Positions 1 through 10,050 of a DNA stretch of 64,000 nucleotides are shown piece by piece; positions within the stretch are counted from its first letter, which is position 1; each line of letters begins with the position of its first letter. The stretch is from Trypanosoma brucei (Eukaryota), in NCBI GenBank assembly GCA_000002445.1, contig CM000207.1, positions 1,856,001 to 1,920,000 of the forward strand, written 5' to 3'. Under the pieces are notes generated by a model. The model did not search any database, was not told the origin of the DNA, and saw only the letters and a program-made list of their open reading frames with translations. The translations under genes and the position numbers were made by a program.

Positions 1-576
1 AGATTGAAAAAGGAAAAAAAAAGAATGGAAATAGCAGGTATTATTTCCTCTTTTCTTTTCACTCCATTTATCATCTTGTTCTTAGTTTCACATGCTACTC
101 CTTTTCTACATATAATGACTACGGTAACCGCGGTGGTGAAAACAACTGCTTGCTTTAATGAGTCAACAACTATGCCAATTTTCATCACAAAGGTATCAGA
201 TAGAAATGATGAAGAGGATATTGTGGAATCTCCTTGCGTTTCCGCACTGCATTATGTGTTTATCACGATAACATGTCTGTTTGCGTTTCTTCTTTTTTTT
301 TTTTCCTTTTCATTACTCCTCACTTCCCTCATTCGTTCCTTCTACATATATTTGTTCTTCACTTTTTCACTGTATTTGTCCTCATCGTTCACGAAGAGAA
401 GAAAAGAAAAAAAAACAACAACAAGTATCCTCACTGCTGTACTCCCCTCTTTCCTCCGTCTATGCGATGCACAAGAAAAAGAATAAAGGATGTGTAACAT
501 TAATAATGTTACACACTAAGTTATTCTCCTTCGTGCGCAGTATACCTTGTGATACCACTTGAGGTATATCTTGATA

Positions 577-612
577 TCTTTCTTCTTTCTTTTCTTTTCC
601 TTTTCGTTGTGT
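577..612 (+). promoter_or_regulatory. Polypyrimidine tract upstream of eL31 copy 1, a candidate trans-splicing signal
   Basis: A CT-rich run (tcttctttcttttcttttccttttcg) about 100 nt upstream of the ATG, typical of kinetoplastid splice-acceptor regions. Confidence 0.4.
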
Positions 613-711
613 TGTGATCTTTTGGTGCTTAACCGATTCTTATCGTAGGGGAAAGGCAGCGATAGTCAAACAGCAGAGAACTAAGAAGGAAGAAAAAAAA
701 AGAGCAACAAA

Positions 712-1278
712 ATGACTCGCGCTGGATTTAAGGGTAAGGTGCTCGGTAAGGAAAAGAAACTTGCGCTGCTTGAGGCCCGAAAGAAGGCGGCTGAAGCTCG
801 CAAGTCACGCGATGACCGCCGTTGGAAGCGCGTGTTGGCGAAAATGGACCCCGAGAAACGCAAAAAGTACCACGGCGTGGGAAATACGGCTGAACACTCT
901 CGTGTCCGCGGTTGCACACGCGCATCACTTTTCAAGAGAACTGGTCGCAAACCCGATAACATCGTAATGGAAGCGTCCATTCATCTCTCAAAGCTTCTGA
1001 AGAAGAGGACATTCCACAAACGCGCACCCATCGCTATTAAACGCATTCGCTCATTTGTGGGTAAACTGATGAAGACGAAGGACAACCGCATTGATGCATC
1101 CCTGAACACCTTCATTTGGCATAAGGGCGTGAAGGGTGTTCCTGGCCGAGTTCGTGTACGTGTGGAGCGCAAATCCGAGACGATGGAAGGCGGCAAACGC
1201 AAGCACTTCTACACAGTCATCTCTCACATCCCAGTTCCTAGCTTCAAGAACCTGACAACTAAGGTGATTGAGCAGTAA
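712..1278 (+). CDS. RPL31: 60S ribosomal protein eL31, copy 1 of a tandem pair, with a basic N-terminal extension
   Basis: 188-aa ORF starting at an ATG. The C-terminal two thirds (LHKR..FHKRAPIAIKRIRSFV...IWHKGVKGVPGRVRVRV...KHFYTVISHIPVPSFKNLTTKV) match the conserved eL31 core. An identical protein is encoded 860 bp downstream. A polypyrimidine tract lies upstream. Confidence 0.9.
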   Translation: MTRAGFKGKVLGKEKKLALLEARKKAAEARKSRDDRRWKRVLAKMDPEKRKKYHGVGNTAEHSRVRGCTRASLFKRTGRKPDNIVMEASIHLSKLLKKRTFHKRAPIAIKRIRSFVGKLMKTKDNRIDASLNTFIWHKGVKGVPGRVRVRVERKSETMEGGKRKHFYTVISHIPVPSFKNLTTKVIEQ

Positions 1279-1500
1279 AGCAGGGAGTACCACCGACACC
1301 TTTGTAAGTGTTATTACTGCTTTCCCCTATTAATTTCGTTGATTTACTTTGTGTGTTGTCATCATATTAATGTGTGAGCAGACGAAAAGATAACTAAGAA
1401 GAAACGACAATAATGTGTGTTGTTGCTTCTCTGTCGAAACTCCCCTACGCCACGTTCTTCTCGTTTGTTATGGCGTTGCAGTATAATGTAACATCGTTTG

Positions 1501-1550
1501 TCTTTTTTTTTTTTGTGTTTCCTTTTCCTTTCGTTTCGGTCCGAATTTAG
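1501..1550 (+). promoter_or_regulatory. Polypyrimidine tract plus AG upstream of eL31 copy 2, a candidate trans-splicing signal
   Basis: A T/C-rich run of about 40 nt followed by AG (..gaatttag) roughly 20 nt upstream of the ATG at 1572. Confidence 0.4.
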
Positions 1551-1571
1551 AAGTGTTTGTGGTGCAGAGAA

Positions 1572-2138
1572 ATGACTCGCGCTGGATTTAAGGGTAAGGT
1601 GCTCGGCAAGGAAAAGAAACTTGCGCTGCTTGAGGCCCGAAAGAAGGCGGCTGAAGCTCGCAAGTCACGCGATGACCGCCGTTGGAAGCGCGTGTTGGCG
1701 AAAATGGACCCCGAGAAACGCAAAAAGTACCACGGCGTGGGAAATACGGCTGAACACTCTCGTGTCCGCGGTTGCACACGTGCATCACTTTTCAAGAGAA
1801 CTGGTCGCAAACCCGATAACATCGTAATGGAAGCGTCCATTCATCTCTCAAAGCTTCTGAAGAAGAGGACATTCCACAAACGCGCACCCATCGCTATTAA
1901 ACGCATTCGCTCATTTGTGGGTAAACTGATGAAGACGAAGGACAACCGCATTGATGCATCCCTGAACACCTTCATTTGGCATAAGGGCGTGAAGGGTGTT
2001 CCTGGCCGAGTTCGTGTACGTGTGGAGCGCAAATCCGAGACGATGGAAGGCGGCAAACGCAAGCACTTCTACACAGTCATCTCTCACATCCCAGTTCCTA
2101 GCTTCAAGAACCTGACAACTAAGGTGATTGAGCAGTAA
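1572..2138 (+). CDS. RPL31: 60S ribosomal protein eL31, copy 2 of the tandem pair
   Basis: Same 188-aa protein as 712..1278. The ORF-track start at 1557 is a TTG, and the first ATG is at 1572. It differs from copy 1 only by a few synonymous substitutions; identity extends about 23 nt past the stop, and the flanks then diverge. Confidence 0.9.
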   Translation: MTRAGFKGKVLGKEKKLALLEARKKAAEARKSRDDRRWKRVLAKMDPEKRKKYHGVGNTAEHSRVRGCTRASLFKRTGRKPDNIVMEASIHLSKLLKKRTFHKRAPIAIKRIRSFVGKLMKTKDNRIDASLNTFIWHKGVKGVPGRVRVRVERKSETMEGGKRKHFYTVISHIPVPSFKNLTTKVIEQ

Positions 2139-2530
2139 AGCAGGGAGTACCACCGACACTGTGATCTAATTTTTTTTTCATTAGTTGTATTTTTTGTTTT
2201 CTACATAACCCTTTTAATATTTGTTAGGGGAGGTGGCTTGACTGCCCGTGACGCTCCCTTTTACCTCTGTCTCACAGTCGGTTACTTTGTTCTGTTATCT
2301 GCAATAACGAGAGAAGTTACCCGATGCATTCTTCTTCCTCTTCGTCTACCTTGTCACCACGCACCGGCACGCGAGTTTCTTTATTGATCACCTCGTATAA
2401 AACACAATTTCCTCCGGTACCGTTACATTTTAGTTATTATTATTGTAATAATTATAATTATTTTTTGTCAGGGAAGTTAGTAGGGGCCAGCATCGGTGTC
2501 AGCAACCATAGTTGTGCACAGTGTGCATCA

Positions 2531-2929
2531 ATGGGTAGAAATGTAACTGCGGTTACGTCATCAGCCTCACCTGCTTTGGATGTTGAAACTGATGAGTTTG
2601 CGGAGGATAACGGCTTCTTTGATGATTTTTCTGCGGATGGGAGCAGCAAACTTTCGAAAAGAAAACGGAGCCGTCAGTCATATGAACAAAATCAACAGGT
2701 ACTGGAGGCAACGGTGGTGGAGGATGAGGTGTCTCGGAAGGAACGGGTGGAAGGAGCCCGAAGAAAAATAGCTGCAGCGGTGTTAGCGAGAGCAAGTCCA
2801 CGTGAGGTGAAGCAGGCGGTGATGAAGATGAAAAAGAAGAAGAAGGATAGGGAGTCAACAGAGGTGTTGCCCAAGGAAGGAAGACATAAACACGTAGAGG
2901 GCAGGAAAAAATCAAGGAGCAAAAAATAA
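2531..2929 (+). CDS. Hypothetical small basic protein of about 132 aa with an acidic N-terminal half and a Lys/Arg-rich NLS-like C-terminus
   Basis: ORF 2324..2929. Its first 69 codons translate a polypyrimidine, AT-rich leader (SSSSSS, YYYCNNYNY), so the first plausible ATG is at 2531. I recognise no family. Confidence 0.45.
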   Translation: MGRNVTAVTSSASPALDVETDEFAEDNGFFDDFSADGSSKLSKRKRSRQSYEQNQQVLEATVVEDEVSRKERVEGARRKIAAAVLARASPREVKQAVMKMKKKKKDRESTEVLPKEGRHKHVEGRKKSRSKK

Positions 2930-3276
2930 CAGAGGGAGGGGATTTCGTCTTCTTCACCCTTACCTGCGTTTCAACCTTCTTGTTGTTGTTCACTTTCTAA
3001 AGAAGTTTCACTCTCCGGGAATATCTCCACTTCCACTTCTTTTCCATTACTTGTCTTTATGGCTACGGTTCCGATGAAGCAGTGGGAGGTAGCGGAAGAA
3101 CTCCCCATCCTTCTTGTACTTATATAAACATGGGCTCTGAAGATTTGTGCCGGCCTGAAGTTACTTTTCTCGCCTTTTTTTTGTCGCATTAATATGATCT
3201 GTGCTTGCCTCCATACAGACGTCTCTCTAGATGCCCGCGGTTTGTATGCTATTCCCGCACCGATGACGATTCCCAC

Positions 3277-3350
3277 GTTTTTTTTTTTTAATTCATCTCC
3301 ACTGACATTTCCATGTCCATTCCCATTCTCGTTATTGTTATTATTAAATT
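3277..3350 (+). promoter_or_regulatory. Polypyrimidine-rich tract upstream of PEX19, a candidate trans-splicing signal
   Basis: A T10 run followed by CT-rich sequence, 80-150 nt upstream of the ATG at 3430. Confidence 0.35.
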
Positions 3351-3429
3351 TTTACTTGCTTATTTCATCTCGATCATGTTGCGGTGCACAACTTAAAGGC
3401 AGGGTGCTGTTTATAACTGCATGGTATAA

Positions 3430-4287
3430 ATGTCTCATCCCGACAATGACGCCGATTTGGATGCCCTCCTGGATGACTGTTTGAACACAATGGATGAACA
3501 GGAGCGTATACACGAAGAAAAGGCTCAGGAACGAGCGGCAACACGCGCAGTTGATCAAAAGAGTGCAACTGCAGAGTTGAACCCAGATGAGGCTACCATG
3601 ATCAACCTCCTTCGAACAATCATGGAGTCTGCGGGAAGTGATGAAAATACTGACGCCGACAACGTTGAAGAAAAGTTGGCGTCACAAATCGAGGAAATAA
3701 GCGCAATGCTGGCGGGGATTCCAGACATAACGCCGGAGGAGCGCCAGAGCTACGAACAAGTGCTGCAACTCGTGCAAACACTAAAGGATGGCAGCGCAGC
3801 GAGTTCAAAAGAAGGGGAGGGTTCCGGAACATCGTTATCAGATGGTGACGATGACAAACCGAGCGAAGAGGAGCTTGCCACAATTCGTAAGGTGAATGAG
3901 TTACTCATGCAGCTAGGCGAAGGCGAAGGCGTACCAGCGACTGAGGCGGGTTCCGCCGGTGCAACTGAAAACGCTGACTCCCCTGAGTTTGCAGCAGAGG
4001 CGTTGCTTAATGTTTTACTAGATCCACAGTTGGTGGAGCCCTTGCGACAAATGCGGGAATCGTACCCACTATGGTTAGCGGAAAATGAAAGCAAAACGAG
4101 TGCCGAGGACTTGGCGAGATATAAGAGACAACACGAAATTACCGTAAGTATTTGCGATTTTCTTGAATCGGGTGCTGTTGGTGCTCAAGATATGGAAAGG
4201 ATGAGCACTTTGGTTGCGTTGATGCATGAATATTCCTCACTCGCACCGCTTCCCCCAGGACTTGCCGATGTGCAACCATCAGTGTAG
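3430..4287 (+). CDS. PEX19: Peroxin 19 (PEX19), the cytosolic receptor and chaperone for peroxisomal/glycosomal membrane proteins
   Basis: The 285-aa acidic protein aligns to PEX19 in three places. The N-terminal PEX3-binding helix DLDALLDDCLNTMDE matches ELEELLESALDDFDK. The central EEELATIRKVNELLMQLGEGEG matches EEELTKAMEGLGMDEGDGEG. The C-terminal helical domain LLNVLLDPQLVEPLRQMRESYPLWLAEN...RYKRQHEITVSICDFLES matches IMQNLLSKDVLYPSLKEITEKYPEWLQSH..KYQEQHSVMCKICEQFE. There is no C-terminal CaaX box, as expected for trypanosomatid PEX19. Confidence 0.88.
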   Translation: MSHPDNDADLDALLDDCLNTMDEQERIHEEKAQERAATRAVDQKSATAELNPDEATMINLLRTIMESAGSDENTDADNVEEKLASQIEEISAMLAGIPDITPEERQSYEQVLQLVQTLKDGSAASSKEGEGSGTSLSDGDDDKPSEEELATIRKVNELLMQLGEGEGVPATEAGSAGATENADSPEFAAEALLNVLLDPQLVEPLRQMRESYPLWLAENESKTSAEDLARYKRQHEITVSICDFLESGAVGAQDMERMSTLVALMHEYSSLAPLPPGLADVQPSV

Positions 4288-5208
4288 TGTCACTGGCTGG
4301 TTGAGCTTGAATAGGATTAAAAAGGAAGTAGCTGAAATGTTCATGACCGTCAAAGCGTCGTGTTTTTCATTCAAGTATGAGGGAGTAATAACATTGAAGG
4401 AAGTGTCACATTCGGAAACCAGATGTAATTACGCGGTGCCGCTCCACGCCCCTGCTTTCTGTTTTACCGCTTTTCTTTCACTTCTGAGGTATGGGGTGTA
4501 GTAGTGGTGCGGTTGCATCTGCTGCGTGTGTGTATGTACGAGTGTGTGAATTGGGGAGGCGGAAGCGAAGCCAAGTGACATTAGATCCTGCGAAGCGAAC
4601 GAAAAAGGAAAAAAAAAAGAAAGGATGTAGTGGTGAAGCTTGTTGTGTTGTTAATATGATTTCCTCCTTAACATTCTGTTCGTAGTCGGGTGGGACAATG
4701 TTGCTAAGGAACAACGGATATCCACCACAGTTCCTTTGTAACAAATATATTGTTGATCGACTTTGGCGACGGTGACACCTCTGTCGTTATTAATATTATT
4801 TTTTGTTTTGGCTCTTCTTTTTTTAAAAAAATTGATTGTGTATTTAACCTTATGTTTCTCCTCCTCCAGTTGTTCCGTTTTCCTCTCCTTCACTGTAGAC
4901 AAGAAGGGGAAGGCGCAGCAGTTAGTAACAGTGTCGAGAAAGTAAGTTGGGAATTCACGACGCTAAATAGATTATAATAATTATAGAATTGTTTTTTTTT
5001 GTAAAAAAAAAAAGACAAGAAGACACAAAATTAGTGATAACATATCCAGAAATAATTCTCCTGTTTGAGGGGAGGCAAATATTCCCGTCAGAAGCGAAAT
5101 AAAAGGCGACAAGAAACGTTCGGGGGGGAGGGTGAGGGGGGACAAAGGAATATTAAGAGAGAGAAAAGGGAGGAGGGGGAGAAAAATTAAGCATACGTGC
5201 CAGTCGTT

Positions 5209-6282
5209 ATGACGGGAGAAGGCACACTGTCGAATGGGCAACCTGCGAAGAATAGTACACTTCCATGGGTGGAGAAGTACCGCCCCACTACACTTGATGA
5301 TGTGGTGGCACATGAAGAAATCCTTGACACCACGCGTCGCTTGATGAACAGTGGTAGCATGCCACATCTTCTTTTCTATGGCCCACCAGGAACCGGCAAA
5401 ACAACAACCATTAAAGCGTGCGCTCATCACCTATTTGGAAAAGAGCGTCTGCGGGCCAACGTACTCGAGATGAACGCGTCAGATGATCGCGGTATTGATG
5501 TTGTGCGTCAGCAGGTTAGGGAGTTTGCGAGCACAAGCTCTATATTTTTTCAAAACAACCCCGGAAACCAAACGGTAACGAATTTCAAACTCGTTATTCT
5601 TGATGAGGCTGACCAGATGTCCAGTGATGCGCAGGCCGCCTTACGCCGCATCATTGAAAAATTTACGAAAAACGTACGATTCTGCATATTGTGCAATCAC
5701 ATCAACAAAATCATACCAGCCCTACAGTCGCGGTGCACGCGGTTTCGCTTCTCTCCTGTGAAAAAATCAGCGATGCTTCCCCGCCTGAAGTTAATTGCCA
5801 GGGAAGAAGGTGTTCCCTTCACTGACGAGGGTTTGATATCTGCATTTCGACTTAGTGATGGCGATATGCGGCGTTGTTTGAATACTATGCAGGCCTCCTC
5901 TATGTCAGCAGGGGAAATTACAGAAGAGTCTGTGTATCGCACAACTGGCAACCCAACACCTACGGATGTGCGAGTAATGGTGGGAGACATGCTGTCGCAT
6001 AATTACGCCACATCATGGGAGAAGGTGCAGCAGCTGGTAGTGGACAAGGGCGTGTCAACGGCAGATCTGGTGAGGGAAGTGCACCTTATCGTGATGGCGA
6101 TGGATCTCCCACAAGACTGTAAATGTTTTCTTTTGATAAAACTGGCGGATGTGGAATACTACGCAGCAGGTGGTACCCGGGAGATGATCAACATTGGTGG
6201 GGTGCTTGGTGCATTTCAATTGGTGAAGGAAGCACTTACCCAAAATAAACCTATCTTTGAGCTCGCAGGTGGCCTGTGCTGA
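5209..6282 (+). CDS. Replication factor C small subunit (an AAA+ clamp-loader subunit)
   Basis: Carries RFC box II (LPWVEKYRP), Walker A (GPPGTGKTT), the DEAD-type Walker B (LDEADQMS) and the SRC motif (QSRCTRFRF). The ORF-track start at 5197 is a GTG, and the first ATG is at 5209. Which small subunit it is (RFC2 to RFC5) cannot be decided by eye. Confidence 0.9.
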   Translation: MTGEGTLSNGQPAKNSTLPWVEKYRPTTLDDVVAHEEILDTTRRLMNSGSMPHLLFYGPPGTGKTTTIKACAHHLFGKERLRANVLEMNASDDRGIDVVRQQVREFASTSSIFFQNNPGNQTVTNFKLVILDEADQMSSDAQAALRRIIEKFTKNVRFCILCNHINKIIPALQSRCTRFRFSPVKKSAMLPRLKLIAREEGVPFTDEGLISAFRLSDGDMRRCLNTMQASSMSAGEITEESVYRTTGNPTPTDVRVMVGDMLSHNYATSWEKVQQLVVDKGVSTADLVREVHLIVMAMDLPQDCKCFLLIKLADVEYYAAGGTREMINIGGVLGAFQLVKEALTQNKPIFELAGGLC

Positions 6283-6860
6283 GTTTTTGTAGCTATAAAG
6301 TTAAGCCGGGGTTATGAATTGTACCGCTGTACTTCGTGGAGAGCCACATGATGGCAGAAAAAGAAGTAAACGGGGTATGGCTGCGCGGAAGAATAACTTT
6401 CTTCACCAAATTGTGTCCCTTGCCTTTTTTGCCTCATGGTATATTTTATTTGTTTATTTATTTGTGTTTCACCAAGGAAATGCTTGGTGTTTGCCGCCTC
6501 CAACAGTGTAAGTCATTCTATTTTCCTCTTGTCATTTCCTTTTTTTTGTTTTCACGCACCGGAATCATTGGTTATGTTCACGTAGGCTTGACGCGAAAGC
6601 AAGAAACTTACCGCTGTATCGTTTTCATCACCATTGGATACTCGTAGATTAAGGGAAGGGGGAGAAGGCACCATTGAGAGGTGCAATCCATCGAAATATA
6701 TACATATATTTATTTATTTATTTTTACATCCAGGATCTTTTTTTTTGCTTTTTTCTTTTTGTAACGTGAAATACCACCGCTGCTCAGGCTGGATTTTTGT
6801 AAGGTTTCACGTGGTCTGTAGTTAACATTTTTTTTTATTTTTTGCGCTTCGGTTCGTCCA

Positions 6861-9458
6861 ATGGGATCTAGTGATGATGAGTGGCAAAATCCCCCAGTGT
6901 TCCCGGGTGGAAGGCGTCCTGGTGCTGGTGGTAGCGGTGAGAATGCCATGTTAGCTGCGCGGAGACGTGCAATGCAAGAAAGGCGGGAGGCGGATTCTTC
7001 ACAACGTGGTGGTTTGGCATCAGGACCGGTTGTACAACCAAGTGGTAAGGCTGTTGAGAGCTTGCCGTGGGATGATTCATCGGATAGTGTAAAACAACAA
7101 CCTCAGCGGCCACAAATGCAGGTGCAGGTGCCTCCCCCTCAGGCTGCCAGTGCTGTGACGGAGGAAATGCTTGAGACTCTACGACGTGATCTGGAGGCTA
7201 AGAAAAAAGTTTTGTCAGCGGCAAAGGAAAAGGAGGAGGCTTTGAGGGAGCAATGGCGGGCACAAAAGGCCCAGCGAATGGCTCAGATTGCCCAACTAGA
7301 CGAGAAGATTCGCCGCCAACAGGATGCCGTAGAGGATGTAAAGGCAGTAGCTGAGAGGGAGCTCCGTGATGCAGAAGCGGCACAGCAGCAGCGCCTAAGA
7401 GAAGAAAAGGAAAGAATGGAGATGGAGATTCGCGAGCAGTATGAGCCCCTAATTGCCGAGCAGCGGGCGCAACTAAAGGAACTTCAGGCGAAGGAGACAA
7501 AACTTCAAGCCGAACTCAACGCCGGCGATAATGCCAAGGATCTCGTGAACCGGTGCATAAGTAGTGCACTCGCCACTATATTGCAACGTGTGGAAGGAAT
7601 GTTTGCTGAGGACACATCCACGATGAACGAGTGGGAAAATGATGTTCAACGTCTTGTGCGAAACGAGGTTCGTTCCTCTTTTGCTGTAGCCAATGACACC
7701 GAGGCACAAAGGGAGCGGGAGGAATACCAGCGTTATTTTGAGGATACCCTTGATTTTTGGAGGCGGGCCGAAGCGGAACAACGGGAACGTGTGCTCAAAA
7801 TGGATGAGCAGCTACTTCTTGACCTTCAATCGATGGTGCACGATGACCTCGATCGACTCCAGCGGGAGGAATTCAACATGGAGGAATTATATGTACAATC
7901 CCGTGAGACTTGGGCGGAACAGCACCAGCAATTGTTACAACGCGAGTTGAACGCGGCCATGTCCCGTCGCGCAGCCGAATTTGAAGAGCAGCGTGCCGCA
8001 CGCCACGAGCTGCATCTTGAGCGGATGAAAGTTGCAGAAGAGAGACACCATGAAACGGTTCAAAAACTCCGTTGGTTCCATGAGAAACAAATGACGCTGC
8101 TGCGAGAGCAATACGCGAAGGAGCAACGTCTTGAGGAGCAGCGTATGATGTTAGCCTCTGCGGCACAGGAAGACGTCGCACGTGCGACAGAGGAATTTGG
8201 CCACGTTGCTGACGCAGTGGAGGGGTTATTGCAGTTGCTTAAAGACTATCGTCAGTCTGTTGACGAGGGCCGCGCATCCATCGACGAGGAGAGGCGCCGT
8301 ACGCTTGAAGCTCGGGAGGCGACACTTAATGCCTTGCAGGACATCGTTTCAAAGCAAACTGTTGCAACAAATGATGAATACACATCTCTCTCAACAACAC
8401 TGAACAAATTAGAAACTGTGCGTGCCATGGTGGAGCAACACCTTGAGGACGAACGCATATGGCTCGGTAAACAGGAAGCTTCCTTTGCACGCAGCAAAGC
8501 GGAGTGGGAGCGTGAGTACCGGCGCTGGAAACAGATGGTGGAAATGGAGAAAAGTCAGGTGCTTGAGCGTTATAACGGCGTACTAAGTGAGTTACACCAA
8601 GTTGCAACGCTTTTATCGGAGGAGGAACGTGATGTGCAGACGGAACAGACCTCCATTTCTTCGTGGCTGCGCCATGTTAGCGAGGAAGCAGGTGCCGAGG
8701 TGCGGCAACTACAAAAGCGGGAAGAGGACCTTAAGGAAAGGCAGATCAAAATGCAGGCTCTCGGAGACGAAGTACAGACCAAAGGTTTTCAACTAAACGA
8801 ACAATGGGAGAAACTCCGATTAGAACGACAACAGTTAGTAAACGAAGAGAATGTGCTCAGGGAGGATGAGGCGAAGTTGCGCCAAACGAGTCATTATCTT
8901 CGAATGCTTCAGGCACAAATTGAGGGCACTAAGATCGAATCGGTGGCGGCAAAAGATCGCGTACGTTCCCTTCAGTGCGAACTTTTGGCATCCAGGACGG
9001 CCATCGACCAAATGAGACAACCAAAAAAGTGTGACTTTCGTCATCGCGCCGAACCAATAGAAGTGCCTATTCGCAGACAGGCGCAAAACATTGAAAATGA
9101 CTCAACCCGGTTACCACTTCGTGTTTTGAACGAATTGCGGGAGTTACTCGACACCGAGGAGACATGCCGCGATCAAGGCCCAGTTGTAACCTTCTCAACA
9201 AATAGTAAGCTGCAAAAAGTTAGCCATGAAGCATTCTCCCCGCCACCAAGAGAGGAGGGTGGTAACACACAAAACAGGAGCAGACATCGTGAGGAGCGAC
9301 GTTCACGTACCGATAAACGAAAAACAAAGTACACAGATCCAGCTGACATCTCCCGTGATACGTTTTCTCAAACATGTAACTCATCAAACAACTTTACAAC
9401 TCTTATAGGATTTTCAGACTCAGAAGCTTTGCATGAATCAGCGACGCAATCACCCTAA
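6861..9458 (+). CDS. Hypothetical 865-aa coiled-coil protein rich in E, R, Q and L, a kinetoplastid-type structural or filament protein
   Basis: A long uninterrupted ORF with heptad-like charged, low-complexity sequence (EEKERMEMEIREQYEPLIAEQRAQLKELQAKE...). It has a Pro/Gln-rich N-terminus and a Ser/Arg-rich C-terminal tail. No enzymatic motifs. Confidence 0.7.
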   Translation: MGSSDDEWQNPPVFPGGRRPGAGGSGENAMLAARRRAMQERREADSSQRGGLASGPVVQPSGKAVESLPWDDSSDSVKQQPQRPQMQVQVPPPQAASAVTEEMLETLRRDLEAKKKVLSAAKEKEEALREQWRAQKAQRMAQIAQLDEKIRRQQDAVEDVKAVAERELRDAEAAQQQRLREEKERMEMEIREQYEPLIAEQRAQLKELQAKETKLQAELNAGDNAKDLVNRCISSALATILQRVEGMFAEDTSTMNEWENDVQRLVRNEVRSSFAVANDTEAQREREEYQRYFEDTLDFWRRAEAEQRERVLKMDEQLLLDLQSMVHDDLDRLQREEFNMEELYVQSRETWAEQHQQLLQRELNAAMSRRAAEFEEQRAARHELHLERMKVAEERHHETVQKLRWFHEKQMTLLREQYAKEQRLEEQRMMLASAAQEDVARATEEFGHVADAVEGLLQLLKDYRQSVDEGRASIDEERRRTLEAREATLNALQDIVSKQTVATNDEYTSLSTTLNKLETVRAMVEQHLEDERIWLGKQEASFARSKAEWEREYRRWKQMVEMEKSQVLERYNGVLSELHQVATLLSEEERDVQTEQTSISSWLRHVSEEAGAEVRQLQKREEDLKERQIKMQALGDEVQTKGFQLNEQWEKLRLERQQLVNEENVLREDEAKLRQTSHYLRMLQAQIEGTKIESVAAKDRVRSLQCELLASRTAIDQMRQPKKCDFRHRAEPIEVPIRRQAQNIENDSTRLPLRVLNELRELLDTEETCRDQGPVVTFSTNSKLQKVSHEAFSPPPREEGGNTQNRSRHREERRSRTDKRKTKYTDPADISRDTFSQTCNSSNNFTTLIGFSDSEALHESATQSP

Positions 9459-9769
9459 TAGTCTGGAAAAGGGGGCAAATACAAGAATTTGAACGTAAAA
9501 TTTAAAGTACCAGTTAGCAAACACCTATATCTTTGACAACCATAGACGACATCATTACTAAGGAGCACGAACAGCACTTCCTTTAATTATTTATTAAAAC
9601 AAAAAAATACGCCCTACACTTGCCTTGAAAAAAATAAGCGAAAATTAATTACTCTGTCCTCTTATTTTTGCAAACGCATAAAGAATTAAAGACAAAAAGA
9701 TTCAAGAGGCACAAGAAGTGGATATCACTGTTTATGATTGTGCTGGTTTTGTTTCGTAAGCGCGTATAC

Positions 9770-9856
9770 AATATTACTGATGTATAACACGATATTCAGG
9801 TAAAGATTATCAGGAGTAACTGACTGAGATAACATCATGCACCACTCTGACCAATA
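9770..9856 (+). ncRNA. Second candidate C/D-box snoRNA in the repeat unit (recurs at +662 and +1324)
   Basis: A C-like box CUGAUGU at 9777-9783, two overlapping internal CUGA motifs at 9820-9827 (candidate D'), and a CUGA at 9847-9850 (candidate D). Overall length is about 85 nt. This is weaker than the 9964 element. Confidence 0.25.
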
Positions 9857-9963
9857 CTTCTCCCCTACTGTGGTTATGGAATATGTTTCCCTCCATGATG
9901 CCATGACAAGACTATAAGAGCACAGTTTGAACTGACTTCACAAGACGGACGAGAACGTCGCTG

Positions 9964-10050
9964 CAATATTCTGATGATTGGAAGGGCATATGGGTGAATA
10001 TATGTGACAGTGAAGCACAATTTACACGGATTCACCCTGACTTATATTTT
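9964..10050 (+). ncRNA. Candidate C/D-box snoRNA, copy 1 of 3
   Basis: A perfect C box UGAUGA sits at 9972-9977 and a D box CUGA at 10037-10040, 65 nt apart. A possible D'-like GUGA lies near 10005. Flanking terminal complementarity is present: AAUAUU 5' of the C box and UUAUAUU 3' of the D box. The element recurs at +662 and +1324. Confidence 0.4.

Larger units (their letters stand above)
700..2165 (+). repeat. Tandem duplication (2 x about 860 bp) carrying the eL31 coding sequence
   Basis: Direct repeat with a period of 860 nt (712 to 1572). The coding sequences are near-identical, while the upstream and downstream UTR-like flanks differ. Confidence 0.85.

Noticed and set aside
4-486. 160-aa ORF at the window start (TTG-initiated in the ORF track)
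   Set aside because: It is a translation of polypyrimidine/AT-rich UTR-like sequence (FLLFFFSFSLLLTSLIRSFYIYLFF). It starts at a non-ATG codon and has no coding-like composition.
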